A stretch of DNA of 64,000 nucleotides from Blasia pusilla. Taxonomy: Eukaryota. Below are positions 36,826 to 51,253 of the stretch, one piece after another. The stretch lies in the NCBI GenBank assembly GCA_050084515.1, contig CM114271.1, forward strand, positions 37,324,001-37,388,000, given 5' to 3'. Both the position numbers and the translations under genes were made by a program. A model generated the notes under the pieces. That model was not told the origin of the DNA. It saw nothing but the letters and a program-made list of their open reading frames with translations, and ran no database searches. The stretch's first letter is position 1. Every line of letters starts with the position of its first letter.

Positions 36826-38872
36826 TTGGATTCCTTACTTGGGAAAGAAGCCATCCTTGTTGGCTTTAATGGGGTTTAATTTCCATGAGTACTTTCACGT
36901 GCATTATTGGGAAGACCTCTTAAATAGCAAAAATTGTGGGCATTGTCTTGGAAAAGTTCAATGACTACCAAACAAGCAATGCCATTATGGAGATAGTTGC
37001 GTTGGGTTGTTGGATACCATTGAGAGAGCTAGTAAGACTAGGTCTAAAAGATTATTGGGAGGGGTAAGCAATATTTTTTGCACCTAGACTTGGTGAAGAA
37101 ACTATGAAAGGTGGTGGAGAAGAAAGGGGTTGTGTAGTTGGACTTTTTTCCTTGTGAATCTTTTAATCCGAGAGATAAGCAAGTGAGGGAGAAAAATTCT
37201 TGGATAGCTAGAAATAAGCAAAACTTGATGGATTGGCTTGAAGGAGATCAAGGAAAAATTTTCATGGCCAAAAAAAATGTAAGGAATAGTTGGAGAAGAG
37301 GAATTTAGAGGAAGTGGAGGAGGTTTGTAAGGAAAGGGCATGTAGCTTTGTGCCCAAAGAGAAAAGAGATGAAGATCTTTGAGATGCGGTAAGAGAAGAG
37401 GAAGATAGGAGAGAGGAAACTATTGTCAATCCGAAGAGACCGTTTTTAACAAAGTTTCATGTGATTTGAAAAGAGTTTCATATGTGTTGAAGAGAGAGAG
37501 GTATTTCTTAGTTCATATTTTATGTTTATGCTCCTTCTTCATAGGCACTTCCTCCCCATACTTTTATTCTTCTTCCCTACTATGGAAATTCATCTAAATC
37601 TAACAGGTCGCACCACTCATGAAATAATATTGTATCCAATTAACACTCAATAGATAGTTCCAAAATCGAAAGAATTCATTGGGAGTATAAATGTGGAAAT
37701 ATGGCTAAAAGACGATTTGAGTGGAATTTGCAAGTTTTGCACGTGGATAAATTCCGTGTGGACAAACTTATGTCTAACAGAATAGTGTCGGGCATGCGAC
37801 AAGGTTGTACACGGACAAGGTGTGTGTTCATGGATATGTTTATGATCGTGTGGGCTCCGATTCCCCCAGCTACCACCAGGCCTTGTCCCATTTGCAAAAT
37901 AAACTCGAGCTCGGCCATCCCACACCAAATCTAGCAATTTGTCGCCAATTCTTGCCACCCGTCTTATAGCCTAGACCAAGCCTTCTCTATCGCGTCCCTA
38001 CTCTCCTTGAACGTCAATCTTTAGTGTTGCGGAAGCGTACGTTAAGTAGGTCACGATCTCATCACCGATCTGCACCCAAACATGCACTCTCGTTAGTCGG
38101 GTGTGGGCCAACCAGCGTTCCAACCCATTGAGTTCTCAACTCGCTGTCTCATCAAGCTCAACCTTCCTTAATTCCTAGTTTCCAACACATGGCAAGTCTT
38201 TCAAGACTTAAAACACACTTCCTGGTTAGTCCAGGGATCTTAAACGGCACTAGCGCGCCTAGTGATCCCAACTGTTCAATGGACCTCGTGTGAGTTTCAA
38301 AATGAGACCCAAGTAATTGAGTCGCGGGGTGAAATCCAAGAGGGATGTCTAAAATCACCTCAATAGACTTGGTGCACGTTTTCCAACCCAACCCCCAAAC
38401 TCTTGATCCGTTCCATGCCCTTGAGCCACCCCGCGGCGCCCAAAGTGGGGTTCGAGTTCCAAGCACTCTCGGAGACCTTCCCCCTTACTAATAATCAGGG
38501 TTCTCCAATAACCCCTCTTTGGAAAAGGAGGGTCGGGCCCTTCATTGTGGCCCTCAACCCGACTCTACTTATAGTCGTTTCCGAGTTGTTTCTCAGCCGC
38601 TGCTTATGCGTTTACAGAGATCTTAAGTGCGTTTGAACCTGCTTTCCATAAGCCTTCCAACGCACCCTTATTTAATCCAAACGCATCTTGGAGCTAAAAT
38701 TTATGGCCATAAATACAGTCAGAAACTCTCAAACGCTAGTGGCGTTCCAAATCCGGATTCTTCCTTTGGCAACCCACTTCCTAGACTCAACTTCTTTCAA
38801 GTCTTGTTCCGCTTTTGGTCCAGGTTTCTCAGTCGCGACCATAACATCTGAAACACGAAGCCTCGCTTGCGT

Positions 38873-39100
38873 CTCATCTCTTGTCTCTTCTTCGAGACCA
38901 CTCCAACGCACAAACCATCTTAGCGTGAGCCCACTAATGTTCCGATGTTCCGCTTTGGCACTCGTTTGGTGATGAGGGTCACGACACTCACCTCTTGTCT
39001 CTTCTTCGAGACCACTCTAATGCGCAAACCATCTTAGCGTGAGCCCGCTAATGTTCCGATGTTCCGCTTTGGCACTCGTTTGGTCATGAGAGTCGCGACA
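38873..39100. repeat. 114-bp tandem duplication, each unit ending CGACA
   Basis: Units 38873-38986 and 38987-39100. Confidence 0.9.
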
Positions 39101-41034
39101 TTCTCCCTGTACAACCTCGCACAACTCCTACGATAGGCCACTAGGGCCCACGTCAAGGTTGTAGGACCTTCACGAGCCCACCTAGGGCCCACCTTGTGCG
39201 AGCCCACGGACCTTATGTAGGCCCAATGTAAGCAAAATCAAGGCTCTTAGCATGCACATCCATTCGATCCTTGCATGCTCCCGTTCCCTCGTGTTGAGAC
39301 CATGTGGATGACCTAGCTACCAACAAAATCTAGGCAGGGGATCCATGGAGCATGTCCATCCTATGGATGGACAAGTCTTTTTTCGTACAACCTTGCCGCA
39401 CAAGCTAGGGTGCCCATGGCTGCACTCGGGGGAGTCTTGAGCCCATGCCAACTAAATAGAATGCTCTTCCTTGGCTAGCTTACACCTCTTACAAGTGACA
39501 TGTCTCCCAAATTCTAGTCCGTGTGTGGGCCATTGGATTGCGCATCAAGGATGAGTCGAGTCCGCATGCCCTTCCAAGCCGGACTATTCTTGCTGGTTGC
39601 GTCTAGCCCGCAAGAGGCCCCGAGCATTCCACGTGTAGCTTGATCTCGAGTTGGCCAAGCCCACACTCTTGGCCCGCGTCGGCCCATGTCCTATTCATTT
39701 CCTCATAGCAAATCATGCATTGCAATGTGGCAGCCCATGATTTGTCCTATTCTCCCTTCCCAACACTTTCAATAGGTTTAAAACTTAAACCCACAAGCCA
39801 ATGCTCATAATTGGAGGATAAGCCCCTAACTAACCCAATTCAACCGATTCCCTTCATAAATTTTTGTGCTTTTCTTTGAGAGTAGGATTAATCTTGGATT
39901 AGGCCTCAAATTTCCATTTGTGCCTTGATAACTTTGGACTTTCACACTTGCTAACAAATTTGTGAAAATCTGTTTTTGTGTAATAAAATGATGCAACGAA
40001 TACATTTCACTCTTCTTAGTGTTAATTTTATTTTTTAATGATTGAGTAATTAGCTTAGAAAATTAAATATCATATTTCAATTTCTTACTTAATAGTACCT
40101 CATTTTTTCGGGCCTAACTTCGGGAAAAGATATCATAAATGAGAGGTGGGAAAAATAAAAGAAAAGTAGAGGGTTGGTGTGTACCTCATTTATGCGAGCG
40201 CAACTCTAGGAAAAGGCGTCATATAGGAGACATTGGAAATATAAAAGTAAAGTAGTGGGTAAATATATGAATTATAGTAAAACTAAAGTTATCATGGCTG
40301 ATGAAGAAGTCAAGACTAGGATAGTTGGGATACTTACAAGGATATTGAGTTGTTTTATGATGATATTTTAGTAGGAGATAAAAAGGAATCTACTTGTGTC
40401 TTAGGGGGATCGGCTAGGCCTCAACAGTTATCCATATGGCACAAGATAAGAGTGGCCTTACTTTATATTCTTGTGGATCCTTGGACTTATGAATATAGAA
40501 AGAGGAGGGACCTTTAAGGGTTTATGTATTGCCTTAATAACTGCCAAATTAAGTATTTGAATCTATATAGTTTGTTCCCCAAGAAGACCATGTTTATTTC
40601 ACAAATTATCATTTCTACAATATTCCTTCAAACTTCAAACCTCTCTTATAAAATTAACATTCATTACTCTTCAACAAGTAGAGAGCGCTCTTCTTCTTAT
40701 GCGACACCCTATCAAGTGGAAATAGATATAAATCTACTTCTTTCTTAAGCTCTGATCCATGAAGAGCTAGCCATCTCATGATTAAACAATAGTAAGATAG
40801 TTCATCCTACTTTCAAAACCAAATCCTTTCTCGTAGATTAATATTTTGTCTAATAAATTTTATAGGTCATCGCTATTGCACTCAATTCTCCTCGTAAAGT
40901 TTACGGCTAGATAATAGCAATGTATTATGCAGACACAATAAAATCAAGACTACCATCTTTGCACTTCAAAATATAGGTAGTCTTGATTAATAAAAAATAT
41001 ATAGGGACATTTCAAACTACTCTATTTTCAAGAC

Positions 41035-41820
41035 TACCTATATTTTTAAGTGCAAACATGTTATTAAAAATAAAATATTTCAAACTTTTCTATTTTTAAT
41101 AACAAAAAAATAGGAATCTAAAAAGATTAAAAAGCTTAAGAAGCTACTCCTCTCTTTAGTTCGGATCATTCTAATATCATCTTGCCATACTTCAAGAATG
41201 ATGTCCTTACTATTCTAATCACTTCTTAATTAGTTAACTTCCAAGTGTGAGAAAATAGAATGTGATGAAATCACTAAACTGTATTACAACTCTTTGAGAT
41301 ACAAAGTGGCCTAGTCTATCCGTGCGCTCAAAAAAGAGCTTCGATGGAGCTTAATTAGAATAGTAAGGACATCATTCTTGAAGTATGGCAAGATGATGTT
41401 ATAATGATCTAAACTAAAGAGAGAAGTAGCTTCTTAAGCTTTGTAATCTTTTTAGATTCCTATGTTTTTTTTTTATTAAAAATAGAGTAGTTTGAAATGT
41501 TATATTTTTAATAACATGTTTGCACTTAAAAATATAGTAGTTTGAAATGTTATATAGGTAGTCTATTTTGAATAAAAAATATATAGGAATCTAAAAAGAT
41601 TACAAAGCTTAAGAAGTTACTCCTCTCTTTAGTTTGGATCATTCTAATATCATCTTGCCATACTTAAAGAATGATGTCCTTACTATTCTAATTACTTCTT
41701 AATTAGTTAACTTCCAAGTGTAAGAAAATAGAATGTGATGAAATCACTAAATTGTATTACAACTCTTTGAGATACAAAGTGGCCTAGTCTGTCCGTGCGC
41801 TCACAGAAGAGCTTTGATGG
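41035..41820. repeat. Direct-inverted-direct local triplication
   Basis: ~41111-41349 is repeated at ~41585-41820; ~41354-41540 is the reverse complement of ~41035-41220. Confidence 0.8.
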
Positions 41821-42017
41821 AACCTGAACATGGAGATAATTTGACATACGAGAATACACTATGGCTCCCAACTATTTCACTATTCCTGAAACCACCTATC
41901 TTATATTACTATGATTCCTTCGATGTCAAAGTCAGAACCATCAATCAAGGCTTCTCCTCATATAGGGACTCGATCATATAGACGGTGCTAAGAGAAGTGG
42001 ATGTTAAGAATCCAACA
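41719..42017 (-). mobile_element. Copia solo LTR, same family as 21126-21618, internally deleted
   Basis: Reverse complement starts TGTTGGATTCTTAACATCCACTTC, like 21126. 5-bp TSD CCAAG at 41714-41718 and 42018-42022. Confidence 0.88.
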
Positions 42018-42840
42018 CCAAGATCCTTTTATTAGATCTGGAATCTTATATTCTTATTGTTTCTTTTTGTCATTCTTCCTAACTATCTCATTAAGTGTCC
42101 TTATTGATTTCATATGGATCCCGCTCAATCTTCTTATTCTCTCTTGAGGTTGTATTACTTGGTAACAACTTCCTCAAACATCACATCCTTTGGTTATCTT
42201 AATTGGAACTTTTTTTTAGCTATATACTCTTTGTAAGAAGTGTCTTTGTCTTTGCTTCGATTAGTCATCATCATGGAGTCCTCATAGTCTTCATTGATGA
42301 GAGTTTTCCGTAAAAAATATTCTCTAACAAATCTTCATTACGAGATACTCATAGTCTTCACTAATAAAAGTTCTTCGTAAAAATATCTCTACTAAAGATT
42401 CTTTGTTATGAAGACAAAGTATCTTTGTCTTTACATGTATCTTCTCTTTGATATATATATATCTGTTGGAATCTAATATCTACTCTTACACTTGATCAAC
42501 CAAAATTTTCTTTGCTTCTTTACTCCTTATGATAACTAGTATACATAAAAATATTTGTATTTTTCACTTATATTTCCTAACTCAAGTCCTAGTTTTAAGG
42601 ATCTAACACTCAAATTTCCAATATTTACAAGTTTTAAAATTTTATAGGAATCACAATTCACTACCTTTAATTCCATCTTTCGTGAGCTGTCTTTATGATT
42701 TTTTAGAGAATGGTATTAGACTTGGTTGCTTCTTCAATAAGAGTGGATTATCCTTTTGGAAGAATAGCTTGGCCATGATTCATTTTTTAATTAGGAGTTT
42801 TAGAGTTTGATGAATGTGGAGACATACTTGAAAAGGATGA

Positions 42841-43540
42841 AAAATGGATTGACCGTCTTTCCTTAAAAGGTTTTAGTGTGAGAGTAAAAAAAAATACTTA
42901 TCTATCTATAGGATTATGGTCAATATTCATATTTCAATTAAAAGTTCAAGGTATCTTTGATATACTTGGATGATAAATTCACCAAAATTTCACATGAAGA
43001 TGACATATATGAACAAGATTAAAAAAATGGACACGCCCTCTTTCTCTAGAAGGTTAAATCGTATGGGTCCAAAAAGCACTTATATGTTATTGGGATTTTT
43101 GTTCACTTCTCCATTTTCATTGAAATTTTGGATATAGTTTATATACACTTTAATGATCAAGTGGTCCAAATTTTAGTTTAAGACCACATAATTAAACAAG
43201 AGGGAAAATGGATATCCTCTTTCCTTATAAGGTTTAGTGCTTGGGTCCAAAAAAAGATTTATTTTGGGGATTTTGCTCACACAACCATTCTCATTAAAAT
43301 TTTGTATGTAGTTTAAATACAGTGGGATGATCAAGTGGAGCAAATTGTAGATCAGACCACAAGCTTGACTATGATGTAAAAAGAACACCCTCTCTCCTTA
43401 AAATATTTTAGTGCGCAGATAAACAAAAAATACTTACAATTTTTTGGATTTTTCTTACAACTCCATTTTCATTGAAATTTTTAGGTAGCTTTGATACTTT
43501 TGGATGATAAGCGGCCCAAATTTCAGATCTAGACCCCATA
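42841..43540. repeat. Highly degenerate ~180-bp tandem repeat, ~4 units
   Basis: Recurring AAAATGGA..CTCTTTCC..AAGGTTTAGTG..CCATTTTCATTGAAATTTT..GATGAT(C)AAG at ~42841, 43024, 43205 and 43380. Confidence 0.6.
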
Positions 43541-45503
43541 CTTGCTAAGGTTGCACAAAAATAAACATGCCAAACTTGTCCCATGGCCAAATTTTTTTTT
43601 TGGTGCCCGGATCTCTTCTATGGGCTTGGTATATGTTAATAAGTGTGGGGCATGGATTCATGGTGTAGGATGAGGATCAAGAGGGTTCCCACGCATGATG
43701 CGAACCAGCACGTGTTTGATGTAGGCTGCACCAGGACAGTGTGGGCCAGAAACAAGTTGAGTGCGGGGAATGCATGCGTGACATGGGTTGGATGTGAGCT
43801 TGAGAATGGATAGCTAAAACCGATGGCAAGTTGATGGGCTAACGAAGCTCGAGTCTACCTTGTAGGCGGGGCGGGCTTGGGTATAGGCGGCGGGAACTCG
43901 AGGCTGCATGGATACGCCTGTCACAAGGATGGACATGAGTCCGCAAATATAAAATTTGTCCTTGACTCCATGTGCAACCTTCTTTAGTATTATGTTGGGA
44001 AAACAATTAAAAAAAGATTATAAGAGGATGGTGGAGCACAAATTTATCTTGTGATGAAAATATTTACCTTTTATTATATAATATTTATAATTTATTAGCT
44101 TGGTAGGAGGATTTTCAATGATTTTTTAAAACAAATTGGTTAAAAAACTTGATATTGTTTTATTAATTGGGAGATCAGGATTTCAAAAGAGAACCATACT
44201 ACTTCTCTTCTCAAAAGAGAATATAAAATTCATGTACTATTCAATAAATTTGCAGAAATAAATAAATAAAGCTAAAACTAAACTAAGAATGATGGGGAAA
44301 ATGGAAGATAAAATAAAATTCCGATAAAAAAATGGAAGGAAATATTGAAGAAAGGGTGAGAATCCATAAAAAGTTATGGAAACATTACTTTTCGTACCTT
44401 CTTGGCTTTGTGAGTATTTTTTAATTTGAGAATTATATATTCTCAAATTTCAAGGCAATAAAAAACTTCAGAACAAGTTACCTAGGATGATTTTTCTTTT
44501 CAAGCCCCACCTCTGGAATTTTTTGGTTGAAGATTTTTTAAAAATCACGAATATAATAGCAAATAATTAGTTAAATTTAATCTCTCCTCCTAAAAGGTCT
44601 AAAATCATTGAGAAAACAAAATACATTCCCTCCCTCATGTTTTTCTTCCCATCCCTTATCTTAGTTTCCTTGGAAGGGGATCACTATAAAAAGTAAGAAT
44701 ACACCTTTTTTTATTTTTTGAGTGTTCTTTTCCTTCATAGTCTAATCCTTTTTATTTTAGAATAGAGACAAAATTATAAGAATGAATTAGGATATCAAAT
44801 GTTATAAACCCCCTTTTTTGTCCGATAAATTTATTCTTAGAAAATTACATGCAAAAAAAAATAAAATTCATTTCATCAAATGTTTGCATTAAATCCTTGT
44901 TTCCCTTATTTGTTTCTTTTTTATTCATGGGCATTTAAAACTTCCAAATGCGCCATGAAGTGAGGTGTTACCATGCAGGAATCACTCCATTTGGCTTGAT
45001 AAATTTTAAGGTTCTTGTGAACACTCTTTGAAACTTGTCTACAAAGTTTAATGTATATATCATATATCTAGAAAAGATGAGAAATATGCAAATTTGTTTC
45101 TTTAGTAAACCTTTTCACAAAGGCGTGGAATGACCTCTTTGTTTTTTCACTTTTGGATGGAAGTTGCATTTAACTTGAAAATTTGTAATATGATTGTAAA
45201 AAATCTTATAAATAAGAAACATGGATAAGATGAAAAGTATCCAAGTCAATTGTCCTTATTAAACCTTATCACAAACAAGGGTCTGAATGACCTCTTCACT
45301 TTTACCTTTGGATGGAAGTTCCGTTTGAATTTAAACTTTGCAAGGTGGTCTAAAATAAATTTTCAACATTTCCATGAAGATGCATCTCCATATAATAGAT
45401 TCAGAAAAGATGAAAAATATACAAGTCACTTTTTCTCTGTAAGCCTTATAGCAAGGATTTAGAAGATTGGAATGACCTCATTAGTTTATACCTTTTGATG
45501 GAA

Positions 45504-48500
45504 CTAGTAAGAATGCACGTGTGATGCACCGGCAAAAAATAATAAAATATTAAATAAAATTTCAAAGAATCGTATTCCATGGCAACCATTTTTCTGAAAC
45601 AATCATATCTATTCAAAATGAAATAAAAATCATTTTATAAAAAAAACTAAAAAATATTTATAATTTGTTTTTATTAACTTCAATGTAGTACTTCATGATC
45701 TGCAACAATTTTTGGTATAAACACCAAATTTGTTGCTTGGATTTTCACTATCAACCATCATTTGAATTGAATTCTTAGCACCCACTCTAGATAAGGCAAC
45801 ATATAACTGCCCATGAGAAAACACAGGATGTGACAAGGAAATTCCAACTCTCTCTAATGTCTGACCTTATGATTTATTAATAGTCATAGCAAAAGATAAA
45901 CCATAATCAGAAGAAATCAACGGAATACGTGGAATAAAAACATGAGCTCCAATATTGTTTCCTGTTATAATTATTGCATCTATAACATGTCAACCAAATC
46001 CAACAATCACCAGTCGAGTTCCATTTTCTTGTTCCTTTGCTCTATTCATATTCCTTAATAGCATGATAGAAGCTCCAATCTTCAAAGTCAAACAATGTGA
46101 GGCAGCCCTGATGGCAAACATATGTTCAATAATTTTGTTGGGTATAGAAGCCTCGTCCCATCAATTGAAGATTGAGTTTCAGTCAAGCTCATGAGACATC
46201 TGAATTGCTACATTTGGTACTCATTGAAATAGGGAAGCTTAATCTTGGTTAGTCAGTTAAGCGCGAATATCCTAACTAGGGTTAGTTAATCACAAGTAGT
46301 CTAACTTGAGACAATGGTTAAGATTAGGGTTAGGGTTGCTTGTACAATCCCTATATAATTGAGAAGGGGATCACCCTCCACTTATTCTCTCATTGCAGAA
46401 TTCCGTTCTCTATGATGGTGTGTGAGTGTGAGAGCCGTTTCCCACGAGTTATGCTTCTTTAGCAGTTTTTTACACCATCGTCACAAACCGAATCAACACT
46501 TAAAAGAGCGTGCTCTTGGCAAAAGGGAAGAAATAGTTTATCAAAAGGATAACATACAATAACAACACTAATATTCTTCATCTCATGATAAAGATATAAG
46601 ATAAGATTGATTGAACATTACCTCTCTTGGAAATCAAGAGATGATTTCGCATTGATAATGTCCATAGTACTATTTTTGGTTGAAAGAATAGATGTATCCT
46701 TCAAAAAGTCAATATCACTCCACGTATCAACATTACCGCCATAAACAATGTTGATGAGATTATTGAGCTTTGTCGTCTTAACGATCATAGATTCAATGAA
46801 TTTGTATTAAATCATCTCCAATGTTAGAATACAATGGTATACGACCTTCGCCAACCTTTAAGAACCAATTTGCAAACGCTTCTTGCTCATGCCGTACTTG
46901 TCATGAGAAAATTCATAAGAAAAATAATTAGTATATTTTTATTAAAGAATATGTATGATAAGGGAAAAAAATAGAATGTTTAATATTAAATACCTTGTAA
47001 AGAATTCACTCTCATGTTGGTAGTGAGTTTCATTACTTTCACATGAGATCAAACAAGGGATCTCCTTAGGATTGCATGCACAATAGAAGGAAGATCACCA
47101 TGACGGACAACAGAAAGAAGTTGTCGAAAGTCACCACCAAATCTAAATATCTTACCCCCAAATGGTATATCTCGTAGTCGAACATCTATCAAACCGATAA
47201 TATCTTGGAACGTACCATTAACAACCTCAAAGGCGTAAGGTTGGGTCATAGGAGCTTCGTCCCATACATTTAACATTGCCTTTTGTATAAGGCATGCAAT
47301 ATGACTATTGAATGATAAGCTAGAAAACACACAAAAAACAATTAGTAAGAAAATATTGAGTTATAATACATACCAATAAACAAAAAATAGTAAAGACATA
47401 ATATTCAGCTTGGATGCAAGGTTCTATCAAAATCTAGAAGGGAAACTCACTTGGAAGTGGACGATTCATGAACTTGAATCACGAATGAGTCGTACGACCT
47501 CTATCTAATAATAAGGTAGCAATCCCCAAAGATGCCACAGTTAGAGCTATGTGACTCTTGCTTCATACCCTAGCAATGAAAAGAGTGTACAAAAAGGTTT
47601 TTCCCGTTCTACCAGGACCATCAATAAAAAATAAATTTCCCTACAAAAATCATAGTAAGAAAAAAAAATTTGAAAAGAAAGTAAACTAAATATGAGAATG
47701 AAGCAAGAACATAACAAAAATGAAATGCACTTACATAAGGTGGTGCATCATTTAACACCTCCTCGAAGAGAATATGGATAACATCTTCCCAAATAGCTCG
47801 TTGTCCATCATTCAACGAGGTCTCTCTTTGTTCAACATGTTCACAAAGCATATCACAATCGTAGCAAAGCTCTTCTTCCTCCAAGCGCGGTATCAATATG
47901 TCGCAACCAAAAAAATCAGGTTGAGACATGTCAGGAAAATCTGCCATACTTTTACCATGATCTTGAAGATGATAATGAATCTCTATTAATACAAGATTAA
48001 TATTTTGAGTGTCAAAGGCAATATCAAGAATTCAAATTCTTTGTAGCAATTTAGAAATGAAATAAATAAAGATGGAAGAATAAATATGAATAGAAATAAA
48101 TATACAAAAGAAAGTGCCCATTAACATCAGAATTCAACACAAGGCATGCATATTACCTCACGCCTTTCATGTAAAAGTTATTCTGTAAGTGGAACTAAAA
48201 AATGATCCCACACCATTATGGGAACTGAAGGGGTATTGTAAAGAAGAATGACAACAAAGAATACATGCAATGAGTAACCAATACAAATTATAATCGCCTC
48301 TTCAAAGCAAGAAAATACCTCCCTGTCGTATTCTATCAGTCCCATATGAATAGTTCTTTCCTTAAACGTAGGATACATTACTCCATCAAATGTTCTCAAA
48401 TCTTCATATAATTAAGCTCCTCTCACATGATGTAGAAGTCATTGTAACCAATGACGCTCCCCTTCACCTATAGTATTTTACATATAGATTAAAAAAAAAA

Positions 48501-51120
48501 ACCAACCACAAATATAAATAATTTAAATTAAGACATAATTATTTTCATAAAAATCAAATCTTAAGGAAAAATAGAAACTTCATGTGGGTTTTTCATATAC
48601 AAATGTCCGATGGGATGTCCACATCCTTTTCTTCCACGTTTACGTCGAAGCCATTTCTTCTTATTCCAAGAGTAATAAGAAAGGAATTCCAAATATAGAT
48701 ATTGTCTTGTCGTATATAAGAAATATTACTTGCAAACCATTGGCTGAAAGTAGTCTCTTTACTCCGCTCTAAAATATTACCCAATGAATCTCGGTCATGA
48801 AAATATACCATCTGGCTATTTGGCAGATGACAATCAATCTTATAGTATTTGGTTGCTCGGCATGTAAACTAAACTTGAAGATTCGCCAACATGCTTCTGA
48901 AGAAAAAACATACCTTCATTGACACAAAAAACGTATAGTGAGAGTCTAACCTTTCAATATTAAAAATCCTAACAATCAACTAAATGAAAAAGATGCAAAG
49001 TACCTTGCATCAAGGTATTAGGATGTTTTGTCAATAATATCTTCAATTGTTATACTCTTCGCCAAGGTATATGATATGGCATCAGATCCATTGTATACAT
49101 ACTTGTAAAAGTACTTCATTGCCAATATGTTATTCGTTATCTCCAAATTGATATGAAAATCAAATAGGATACAGAGCATTGAATTATACGGAAGCACCCA
49201 ACAATTATCAAAGTCGTTATTGACTTATTAATCAACCTACCATTATCACATCTACATAATCACCAAAGTACAATAATGTTAGTAATTAAGATAAAATTTT
49301 GAAAAATATATTACTATAATATTAAAAGATAAAAATACGAGTGAAAGATAAAAATGATGTCCGCTTATAAATAGGACATCCATCCTCATTCTCCATCGTC
49401 ATGGATGCAAAATGCTTTGGATAGCCCTTTAAACAATTTGTTGTCGTTTTTCTGTACACGGCGCATTTGGATGAAGTACTCCACATGGTCCATGTATCAT
49501 ACAATTTCTCACAATCGAGTAAAGTCTCGGATGAGTAGTCCGATCAGGAATCTTAGCAAATATAATATCGTCAAAATCAAAAGTTGTCCTCGGCTTATCC
49601 TTTGAAGCAAGAATAATCAAAATATGCACATGTGGTAGGCCTCTTTTTTGAAACTCCACTACATAAATACATCCCACCACTCGCCCCAAAATATGCTTAT
49701 CTAATAGAAGCCTCAAAAAATTTTATTCTTTTGTGGAAAACACGTTCAACCAGGTCTGGATGATCAGAGGTTGTTTGACCGGGAAGAAGACCTGAGATAA
49801 TCTATGGCCATTTAGGATTGCAAGTTAAAGTCAAAAAGTAGTCAGACTTCCCAAAATGTATGATGATTTCCATCGCATCATGATAGAATTGATGCATGTG
49901 TCTAGGCTCCAATAAAAGAGCAAGGTAAGATGATTCGTCTCCTTATGGCATGACCGTCATTATCATGCCTTGTCATAGCATCTCTAACATCTTGGTATAA
50001 ATCAGCTCTCAACTCCTTTTGATGTAGCCGTATCCAAGTTAATCGTTGCATCTCAATAGTTGCAAACATATCTACCATATTTTCTTGAGTAAGACAAGCA
50101 AACTTGAACAACCTATTATGATCGATAGCATTAGCTCGAATTTGGAGTCGAAATGAAGCGAATTGAAGAGATGTGATAGTCTTTGAACCTCCCTCATGAG
50201 TTATTTGTCCACCTTCAACACCTTCTTCTTCAATTCCCTATAGTATATTATTTTCTTCGTTATCATCTCTATCCTCATTGATCGCCTCGTGTCCTCTTTT
50301 CGTCTCATTTCCTCAAAGGTCACTTATCCGCATAGGTATCCCAGGATACCAATCTGCTTCACCGTAAAAAAAGAGTAATAAAAATACAATGGAATATAGA
50401 CCTCATTCAAGTCGGACATATGAAGAATCCCTCTTCCATGTAAATTGACAATTATGTTACGTCCTTCTCTTGGCTCACTTCAGTCTCCTGACAAGATCAC
50501 AGCAATCTCCGAAGCAATAGGCAAGGTGTAGCGTTTTGCATCTAGCCCTTGCTTACTCCCCTTGAGAACAATATGAAAATCAGAATAACATGGATCCATA
50601 GCCACATATTGAAAGAGAGCAACATATGGATTATGAGTATATAACATATCTTGTAATCCCCTTAAGATCTCAACCCATAGTCCATCATGACTACCTTGAT
50701 ACACAATCCTTCTCCTACATTTAGTCTGATATTAATCATCATGAATATAAATATGAGCAAATTGTGGAGATATATCTGTATCCATATTGGGAGGTTCAAG
50801 AGCATGATGAATTCCACCTTGAATCCTCAAATTTCATGTACCACCGCCATGCTATATAACGTGTGCTCTAGTTGACGCCAATTGCAAGCCACTATTATAC
50901 ACACACGCATCACGCAAAAGATGAAGAGTATTTGACATAACACTTGATATTAACTCCAATAGAAAAGGAGGTGAAGCCTCTAAACATGGTAATTGAACCT
51001 TACCATGCTCACAACACATCCCAAAAGGATAGTTTGGAGACTTGATAATTTCACTCTCTCACACTTCCAAGGTAGAGCCAGACAAGGTTGGACAAACATC
51101 ATTCATATATCCAATAAAAG
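45504..51120 (-). mobile_element. Helitron with degenerate Rep/PIF1 helicase gene
   Basis: Rep: YVVEFQKRGLPHVHILI (HUH), MIHGPCG, CLKGYPK. Helicase: GPGRTGKTFLY, WDEAPM, FGGDFRQLL, FAMTINKS*GQTL, VFSHGQLYVALSRV. The 3' end has a hairpin remnant plus CTAG|T at 45504-45507. The 5' end was not located. Confidence 0.92.
46136..46498 (+). mobile_element. LTR-like insertion in the Helitron helicase region
   Basis: TGTTG..CAACA ends and an internal CTATATAA; it interrupts helicase homology. No TSD found. Confidence 0.4.
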
Positions 51121-51253
51121 ATTAAAAGTATGTTAAGACCTATATCTTTATGATAGAAAAATATGAAATCTTTAAAGAGTTAGTCCCACTATTAATTAGT
51201 GAAGAGATGCACCTAGTTGATAGTAGTAGTGCGCCAAGTATGTAAGAGGGTGT

